DNA from: an uncultured Gammaproteobacteria bacterium
GTDB lineage: Bacteria; Patescibacteriota; Microgenomatia; Levybacterales; GWA1-39-11
Reading direction: 5' to 3'
Assembly (NCBI GenBank): GCA_964394645.1
Contig: CAYMYC010000001.1
Location: forward strand, 359,705-423,704
Length of the DNA: 64,000 nt
Below, piece by piece: positions 57,771 through 64,000 of this stretch; positions within the stretch are counted from its first letter, which is position 1; each line of letters begins with the position of its first letter. Made by a program: the position numbers and the translations under genes. The notes beneath the pieces were generated by a model. That model saw nothing but the letters and a program-made list of their open reading frames with translations. It was not told where the DNA came from and made no database searches.

Positions 57771-58381
57771 AATAATTCAGGGTATTTTTCGCGAAGAGTA
57801 GTTGTATTTTTATCACGATCAGATACCACGATATCCTTTTTCTCTAGTGGCCATTGTATATGTAGTTCAGGATCAAAAAGTGATATAGCTACATCATTTT
57901 TAGAATCCCTCGTTCTATATAGTTCATCAACTGCATAGATATAGTCTACTGGTGCTTCTATTACGCATAAAGAGTTTGCGATTCCCTTCGTGATAAATAA
58001 AGAACCGGGTAAGGCGCTATCTCCAAATCCTAATAAAATATATTCTGTTTTAGTGAATGTTTGAGATTCAGGTCGTATATCTGCCAAGACACAGAGGCAA
58101 ACGCCGTGCGTTACCGTGATAAGTTTATTCCAATCTTCTGCATGGAAACCCCTTATAACATTTTTTACTGAACGTGCGTGATTTAATTGTTTTATGGCAA
58201 ATCTTGATCCAATAACCTTTTCCAAATCTGGAATGAGAGCCTCTTCACGATAGAAACCTCTTTCATCCTTATGTAGTACGGTATCAATATAGTATAAGCC
58301 GGGAATAGATGTTTTATATATCCTATCCGAAACCATATTTTTTTCGTCAACTGTGTAAAGTGGAATGTTTTCGAGCTGCAT
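57767..58381 (-). CDS. rfbC: dTDP-4-dehydrorhamnose 3,5-epimerase (RmlC, cupin)
   Basis: 'IPGLYYIDTVLHKDERGFYREE' and 'GFHAEDWNKLITV' match RmlC. Convergent 4-nt overlap with ftsI. Confidence 0.75.
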   Translation of the reverse strand: MQLENIPLYTVDEKNMVSDRIYKTSIPGLYYIDTVLHKDERGFYREEALIPDLEKVIGSRFAIKQLNHARSVKNVIRGFHAEDWNKLITVTHGVCLCVLADIRPESQTFTKTEYILLGFGDSALPGSLFITKGIANSLCVIEAPVDYIYAVDELYRTRDSKNDVAISLFDPELHIQWPLEKKDIVVSDRDKNTTTLREKYPELF

Positions 58382-58450
58382 GATTGTATTGTAGCATAAA
58401 TAGTGTGAATAGAAAATTAGGCATAAGATTGGGCTTTATGTATCTATTCT

Positions 58451-58459
58451 TGGTATAAT
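58451..58459 (+). promoter_or_regulatory. extended -10 promoter element TGgTATAAT upstream of murC
   Basis: TG at 58451..58452, TATAAT at 58454..58459, 12 nt before the murC ATG (58472). Confidence 0.4.
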
Positions 58460-58471
58460 AGCTATAGGAAA

Positions 58472-59977
58472 ATGATTAGACGGATATATTTTGTAGGAAT
58501 AAAAGGAGTTGGGATGACGGCTCTTTCATTAATAGCAAAAGAAGCAGGGTTTATGGTTCGTGGGTCAGATGTTTCGGAAGAGTTTATTACTGATTCTGTG
58601 TTACAACATGCGGATATACCCATAGATGAGGGATTTGAGATTGAAAGCTTAGAAACCTTTATAGGTGATGCCTACTCTGAATCTTTAGTTATAACGACAG
58701 CTGCGCATGGAGGTTTGGAAAACCCACAATCATTATATGCGAAAAAGCAGGGAATATCTGTATTAACACACGGGCAAGCGCTCGGATTATTTATGGATGG
58801 GAAAATAGTAAAGAAAAATTTTAGTGGGATATCAGTTTTAGGTTGTCATGGAAAAACAACTATTACCGCTATGTGTGCTACAGCGTTTTCTAAATTAAAA
58901 CTTAATCCCACATACGCAGTAGGTACATCTGAAATTTTTCCCTTGGGAAACCCTGGACACTTTGGAAATGGAAAATATTTTATTTCTGAGGCAGATGAAT
59001 TTATCTCAGACATAAATCATGATAAGACAGTAAAATTTTTTTATCAGCATCCCAAATTTGCTATTTTAAATAATATAGACTTTGACCATCCTGATGTTTA
59101 TAAAGATTTGAATGAGGTAAATCTTACTTTTAAGAAGTTTTGCAGTGAGAACATAGCGCATGCAGGAGTACTTATAGCAAACGGAGATGATAAAAACGTT
59201 AGAAGTATTATACAAAGTCTTATAAGTATGCGACCTGACGTGCGGGTAATAACATACGGTCAGGATCAGGTAAATAATATTCAACTCGTAAATTTTAGTG
59301 AAGAGAATTGGGAAAGTAGTTTTGAGGTTATTCAAAATGGTAAAAACCTTGGAAAGTTTAAATTATGTGTTCCTGGCTTTCATAACGCAAAGAACGCACT
59401 TTCAGTATTTGGGATTTTATTAGAACTAGGATTTAGTTCTCAAGAGATTCAGATGGCGCTTTTGGAGTATAAAGGAGGCAAAAGGAGACAGGAATATATT
59501 GGGGAGACAAAGAATGGGGCAATTGTAATAGATGATTATGCGCATCATCCCGATGAAATAGACAAAACATTGCAGGCTGTAAAAAACGCTTATAAAACAA
59601 GAAAAATAGTTTGTGTTTTTCAGCCTCATACACTTTCAAGAACTAAATCACTCTGGCGCAACTTCGCAGAATCTTTTACATCAGCTAACGAAGTCTTATT
59701 TTTGCCAATCTTTACATCCAAAAGAGAGGGTGAGACAGACTATAGTGATTTATATGACTCAATTAAAAAATTAATGAAGGAAAAAGGTAGTGATGCAACG
59801 TTTTTTGAAGATACAAGAAGTTCTGAGGATAAGAATTTTCCACCGTTTTTTTATGAGAAAAATCGTCTTTTTGTGATAAAATACATACATTCCCACTTTG
59901 ACTCATCCCAATGGGTTATTGTGACCTTAGGTGCTGGCGATTTGTACAGAATTTCTTATGACCTGGTACAAAAATAA
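58472..59977 (+). CDS. murC: UDP-N-acetylmuramate--L-alanine ligase (MurC/Mpl family)
   Basis: 'IYFVGIKGVGMTALSLIAKEAGFMVRGSD' MurC N-terminus. 'GCHGKTT' P-loop. Confidence 0.75.
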   Translation: MIRRIYFVGIKGVGMTALSLIAKEAGFMVRGSDVSEEFITDSVLQHADIPIDEGFEIESLETFIGDAYSESLVITTAAHGGLENPQSLYAKKQGISVLTHGQALGLFMDGKIVKKNFSGISVLGCHGKTTITAMCATAFSKLKLNPTYAVGTSEIFPLGNPGHFGNGKYFISEADEFISDINHDKTVKFFYQHPKFAILNNIDFDHPDVYKDLNEVNLTFKKFCSENIAHAGVLIANGDDKNVRSIIQSLISMRPDVRVITYGQDQVNNIQLVNFSEENWESSFEVIQNGKNLGKFKLCVPGFHNAKNALSVFGILLELGFSSQEIQMALLEYKGGKRRQEYIGETKNGAIVIDDYAHHPDEIDKTLQAVKNAYKTRKIVCVFQPHTLSRTKSLWRNFAESFTSANEVLFLPIFTSKREGETDYSDLYDSIKKLMKEKGSDATFFEDTRSSEDKNFPPFFYEKNRLFVIKYIHSHFDSSQWVIVTLGAGDLYRISYDLVQK

Positions 59978-59981
59978 AAAT

Positions 59982-61310
59982 ATGAAGAAATACATTATTA
60001 ATGGAGGAAGAAAACTGAGCGGTGAGGTAGCTATTTCAGGTGCAAAAAATATTGCCTTGAAGGCAATTGTTGCAGCATGTTTAACTAAGGAAAAAGTTGT
60101 AATACGAAATGTTCCTAAAATTTCTGATGTGTACAGCATGTTGGATCTTGTAAAAAGTATAGGGGGGAGTGTAATTATTGATGGTCATATAGTAACTATT
60201 GAAGCGGGGAAACTGAGTACGTTTACGATTCCACTTGAGGCAGGAGCAAAAACAAGAACATCTACTTTATTTCTGGCACCTCTTTTAGCACGAGCAAGAG
60301 AAGCAATTATTCCAAATCCTGGTGGATGCAGAATAGGAGCCCGTCCTATAGATAGAATTGTCGATGGTCTTGAGAAGATGAATGTTGAGATTCTTTATAA
60401 TTCGGAAGATGGATATTTTCACGCAAAAACACAGGGACTAAAAGGAGCTGTATACCGTTTCTCAAAAAACTCACACACAGGGACTGAAACGATGATTTTA
60501 ACAGCCGTTTTGGCTGATGGAAAAACCGTAATACAAAACGCAGCATTGGAGCCTGAGGTAGACAGTCTTATTGAGCTGTTGAACATGATGGGTGCAAAGG
60601 TTAGAAGAGGAGAGGGAAAAGAAATTGTAGTTATTGGTGTTAAAGAACTTCATGGAGCAGAATATACCTTGCCTCAGGATAGAAATGAGGTTGTAACCTT
60701 TGCAATTGCAAGCATTCTTACAGGTGGAGATATTTTCATTCGAGATGTTGACTTGAAGTCTCTTGAGGCATTTCTCATGGAATGTAAGAAGGCAGGTGTT
60801 AGTTTTGAGACACGAGGGTCTGATATCCGATTCTATAAAACAGGAAAAATTTTACCCACAAACATTACGACAAATCCCCATCCGGGATTTATGACGGATT
60901 GGCAGGGTGTATGGGCATTATTAATGACTCAAGCAAATGGAACTTCATATGTCCATGAGACAGTTTATGAGAATAGATTTGGGTATATGAAAGAGTTGAA
61001 TAAAATGGGTGCGGAAATTTCTTTTGTAGATTCAGAAAGTGAGAACTATGATGAAATATATAATTTTAATTATGATCCAAAACGGATATACCGTCAAAAG
61101 ATTGAAATAAATGGACCTACTTTATTACATAATGCTGTGCTATCAATGTCTGACTTGCGCGCCGGAGCTACCCTAGTTCTTGCGTCTCTAATTGCAACCG
61201 GCACGAGTGTGATTTATGGAATTGAGCAAGTTCAAAGAGGGTATGAAAAGTTTGATGAGAGACTGAAAATGCTAGGTGCAGATATAGAATATAAGGAGGA
61301 GAAACAATGA
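59982..61310 (+). CDS. murA: UDP-N-acetylglucosamine 1-carboxyvinyltransferase
   Basis: 'KYIINGGRKLSGEVAISGAKNIALK' MurA N-terminus. ATG 59982 is preferred over the track start at 59931, which overlaps murC. Confidence 0.85.
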   Translation: MKKYIINGGRKLSGEVAISGAKNIALKAIVAACLTKEKVVIRNVPKISDVYSMLDLVKSIGGSVIIDGHIVTIEAGKLSTFTIPLEAGAKTRTSTLFLAPLLARAREAIIPNPGGCRIGARPIDRIVDGLEKMNVEILYNSEDGYFHAKTQGLKGAVYRFSKNSHTGTETMILTAVLADGKTVIQNAALEPEVDSLIELLNMMGAKVRRGEGKEIVVIGVKELHGAEYTLPQDRNEVVTFAIASILTGGDIFIRDVDLKSLEAFLMECKKAGVSFETRGSDIRFYKTGKILPTNITTNPHPGFMTDWQGVWALLMTQANGTSYVHETVYENRFGYMKELNKMGAEISFVDSESENYDEIYNFNYDPKRIYRQKIEINGPTLLHNAVLSMSDLRAGATLVLASLIATGTSVIYGIEQVQRGYEKFDERLKMLGADIEYKEEKQ

Positions 61311-62545
61311 TAGCAGTATTGCTTGCAGCTGGAGAATCATCTAGGTTTTATCCGTATAATGAGTTGGGACATAAAAGTCTCGTTTCTCTTTGTGGGAAAA
61401 AACTGATTGTTCACACTATGGATTCTTTACGGGAATCAAATATCAAAAATGTGATTATAGTTGAAAATAAGAATAGGTCTGTCTCAAAAAGTCTTTCAGA
61501 GGAGGATATGTATGGTCTATCAGTAAGATTTATTGTTCAGGAGAGTCCAACAGGGATGGGGGATGCAGTACTTCTTTGTAAACCTTTCATAAAAGAACCT
61601 TTTTTCCTTTTAAATGCATATCATTTTGAGTTTCCAGAAGTAGCTAGGGACTTGTTAAAGATGAGTAAAAAAGATCAAGTTGTACTTTTAACAAAAGAGG
61701 AAAAAGACGCAAAAGAATTTGGATCTGTTGAGTTAAAAAACGGAAAGATGGTTATTTCAGAGAAAAAAAATAACGAAGCAAAGGATCGGATTGTTGGCAT
61801 ATACTCTTTGTCAGTAAAGTTTCTTAATGTGTTAGAGAAAGAAAAAAAAGATCACTATAGTTTTGAAAATGCCCTTGCATCTTACTTACAAGAAAATAAA
61901 GTAGAACTTGTGCAAACAAAAAAGGAGACGCTTTCATTAAAATATCCTTGGGATCTTCTAAAAATAAAAGACTATATGCTTGAACGCTTAAAGAAGCACA
62001 AAGGGAGAGGTGTCACTATTTCAAAGCGAGCAATTCTGCATGGTGAGGTGTATATTGATGATGGAGCAACTGTTATGGATGGCGCAGTTATAACTGGACC
62101 ATGTTATATTGGAAAAAACTCATACATAGGAACAAATTCTATAATAAGAGGGGGGAGTCTGATTGAGGAAAAGGTGGTAGTAGGTGCAGGACTAGAAATT
62201 AAAAACAGTATTCTTATGAAGGGGGTTAAAACACACTCAGGGTTTATTGGCGATTCTTTGGTTGGGGAAAATACTAAGATTGCAGCAGGATATAACAGTG
62301 CTAATGTAAGATTGGATAAAGAAAATGTGAGGGTGAAAGTAAAAGGTGAATATATAAGCACTGGTCGTAAATATTTTGGGGCAATCATAGGTTCAAGGGT
62401 TTCATTTGGGATACGAGTCGGTACAATGCCAGGAGTAGTAATTGGAAATAATGATTTGGTTGGTCCCGGAACAACAGTTATGGAAAATTTGGAAGACAAC
62501 ATTACTTATTACACGGAAATAAAAGGGGTTATTAAAAAACGTTAA
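61307..62545 (+). CDS. bifunctional sugar-1-phosphate nucleotidyltransferase/acetyltransferase (GlmU-like)
   Basis: N-terminal 'AVLLAAGESSRFYP' nucleotidyltransferase motif. C-terminal LbH 'AAGYNSANVRL...IGNNDLVGPGTTV' parallels the GlmU C-terminus. Confidence 0.55.
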   Translation: MIAVLLAAGESSRFYPYNELGHKSLVSLCGKKLIVHTMDSLRESNIKNVIIVENKNRSVSKSLSEEDMYGLSVRFIVQESPTGMGDAVLLCKPFIKEPFFLLNAYHFEFPEVARDLLKMSKKDQVVLLTKEEKDAKEFGSVELKNGKMVISEKKNNEAKDRIVGIYSLSVKFLNVLEKEKKDHYSFENALASYLQENKVELVQTKKETLSLKYPWDLLKIKDYMLERLKKHKGRGVTISKRAILHGEVYIDDGATVMDGAVITGPCYIGKNSYIGTNSIIRGGSLIEEKVVVGAGLEIKNSILMKGVKTHSGFIGDSLVGENTKIAAGYNSANVRLDKENVRVKVKGEYISTGRKYFGAIIGSRVSFGIRVGTMPGVVIGNNDLVGPGTTVMENLEDNITYYTEIKGVIKKR

Positions 62546-63549
62546 AGATTTGTGATTTTTTTCCACAAAAAAGGTGCATTTTGGGGTAGATACCACTCAG
62601 AATTATTTGCTCCGTATTTAAAAAATGCAATATCGGTTTTTCTTCCAAACTCTTTTACTTGTCTTATATCATTCTCAAAATGTTTTATTGAAGGAAAAGT
62701 CCATAGAGGAGGCTCAGACCATGCTCCAAGAGCAACTATAAATTGTATATTTTTATCAATTTTTTTAATTTCTGAAATCGAACGGTTCGTAACAGTTGTA
62801 ACAAAACTAGAGTAGTAGTCATCTACATTTGAATATGCATTGATCATGACTATATCAGCTACATTTATACCAAATGGATTTCCTTGCCTAAAAAAATTGT
62901 TTGTATAGTCATAAAAAAACCAACCATTCATTCGTATAAGAACGGGATGATTGGGGTCAGTATTTTTTACATCATTGTATGCGGTTTGAAGTTGGAGGAG
63001 GGTTAGATAGTATTTCTTGTCTGCATTTGGCAGTACAGATCCTGCTTCGTTTGACGTATCCCATGCGTATAGTGCAGGATGGTCTTTGTATGTATTAACA
63101 AAACGTATAACTTTTTCTTTTTGCCATTGTGGCTTTTGATCTTTAGGGTATGTGTCCATGTTGCATTCATATCCCCATTCAGCTTCTCCTGAGCCTGCAG
63201 GAAGAATAACTTTTAAATTAAATCTATGAGCGCTATCTAAAAAAGAACGTACATCATCTTCTGATTCGCATATGTCAAAATTTCCTTCAATAATATCAAT
63301 TTTTGCTTTTTGTAAAATTGAGAAGTCGTTGTCTGTAAGACCAAAATTGTCCATGTATGTTTCGCCAACATCTTTCAGTAGTTTTTTTTGAGGAAGGTCT
63401 GTTATTTTTTGAGTTGGAGATATACGGTTTATTTGCGCACTGTTTTTCTCCACTCCTTTTGAAATTCTTGAAACAAACTGGATTGGTTGGTTAAGGAATA
63501 TAATGATAAATGATGCCAAAATTGAAAAAAAAAGTAATGGCTTTATCAT
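62542..63549 (-). CDS. membrane-anchored/secreted glycoside hydrolase, clan GH-A-like (GH5/GH26/GH113-type)
   Basis: N-terminal TM/signal. 'YAWDTSNEAGS' (NE acid/base-like) and 'LGAWSEPPLW' (nucleophile-like E). Confidence 0.4.
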   Translation of the reverse strand: MIKPLLFFSILASFIIIFLNQPIQFVSRISKGVEKNSAQINRISPTQKITDLPQKKLLKDVGETYMDNFGLTDNDFSILQKAKIDIIEGNFDICESEDDVRSFLDSAHRFNLKVILPAGSGEAEWGYECNMDTYPKDQKPQWQKEKVIRFVNTYKDHPALYAWDTSNEAGSVLPNADKKYYLTLLQLQTAYNDVKNTDPNHPVLIRMNGWFFYDYTNNFFRQGNPFGINVADIVMINAYSNVDDYYSSFVTTVTNRSISEIKKIDKNIQFIVALGAWSEPPLWTFPSIKHFENDIRQVKEFGRKTDIAFFKYGANNSEWYLPQNAPFLWKKITNL

Positions 63550-63561
63550 GTGTAGGGTTTC

Positions 63562-64000
63562 TTACTGTTTGATAAATGTTACGGAGTCTATAAGTACATT
63601 TCCGGTAGTGGTTGCTGTGGTATAGAACTGAACCCTTATTTTTTTAACTGATGTGTTTGTTGGGATGTAGCTAAACTGCTTGATGCCTGTGAGGGCAGTA
63701 TTTATCATCCCCTTCCACTGTCCTGATATCCAATTATCTGATGCGTCATACTCATCTATGTAAAACCCAAATTCACCCGTTAAATTAGTTGTCTTTATGT
63801 ATGATGTCCAAACATACTGAAATGTGGCATCTATAGGAGTTAACACTGAGAAGAAATGAGTTCTTATGCTATTTACGTTTATGGAAACACTATTTGTTCC
63901 ATCATTTCCTTCAGAAAGTGAATTTATTATCCAATTAGATGAATCGGATGTCCAGGAAGTTGGAAGATTCCCTGATACTGATTCAAAAGATGAGTTTTCA
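63562..64000 (-). CDS. C-terminal part of a larger secreted protein (5' end beyond window)
   Basis: The reading frame stays open upstream of the track 'start', which is actually GTG, through to the window edge. Thr-rich beta-strand-like composition. Confidence 0.35.
   Translation of the reverse strand, partial: ENSSFESVSGNLPTSWTSDSSNWIINSLSEGNDGTNSVSINVNSIRTHFFSVLTPIDATFQYVWTSYIKTTNLTGEFGFYIDEYDASDNWISGQWKGMINTALTGIKQFSYIPTNTSVKKIRVQFYTTATTTGNVLIDSVTFIKQ

Noticed and set aside
1-64000. CRISPR arrays, rRNA, transposases or integrases
   Set aside because: No regularly spaced direct repeats, no rRNA-like conserved stretches, and no ORF with DDE, tyrosine- or serine-recombinase motifs were seen. 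The homopolymeric A and T runs are simple low-complexity sequence.

Overview
Low-GC (~35%), densely packed window with many 4-nt ATGA and 1-nt TAATG start/stop overlaps and almost no intergenic space. From these features I infer a small, streamlined bacterial genome, possibly CPR/Patescibacteria-like. About 49 kb (81..49486) is one nearly uniformly plus-strand glycan-assembly super-locus. It holds at least 8 GT4/GT1-fold glycosyltransferases, 6 GT2 enzymes, and about 10 polytopic GT-C-fold-like membrane proteins, three of which share a YfhO-like architecture and C-terminal motif. It also holds a 1040-aa Wzy/O-antigen-ligase-like::GT-C-like fusion, a Wzx-like flippase, and a PglC-like initiating phosphoglycosyltransferase. 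A PglD/NeuD-like acetyltransferase plus a DegT-family aminotransferase, two further hexapeptide O-acetyltransferases, and five SAM methyltransferases (one FkbM-type) are present. So are five NAD-dependent sugar epimerase/dehydratase proteins, including a clear GDP-mannose-3,5-epimerase homolog, a ManC-like guanylyltransferase, and a DUF4012 protein. An SGNH hydrolase and one methyltransferase are the only antisense genes inside the locus. Downstream lie housekeeping genes: recO, a class-II alpha2-type glycyl-tRNA synthetase, and a minimal, interrupted dcw cluster. That cluster reads mraZ-rsmH-ftsL-ftsI, an antisense orphan rfbC, then murC-murA and a GlmU-like enzyme. After it come a secreted clan GH-A-like hydrolase and a partial secreted protein on the minus strand. 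I found no rRNA, tRNA, CRISPR array, transposase or integrase. A recurring TATAAT box sits only 3 to 12 nt upstream of start codons, which points to leaderless or near-leaderless transcription. Other regulatory candidates are a textbook TTGACA-17-TATAAA promoter with a tandem 10-bp repeat upstream of mraZ, and a perfect 16-bp palindrome between two GT4 genes. All functional calls rest on motif-level reading of the provided translations and need HMM or BLAST confirmation.
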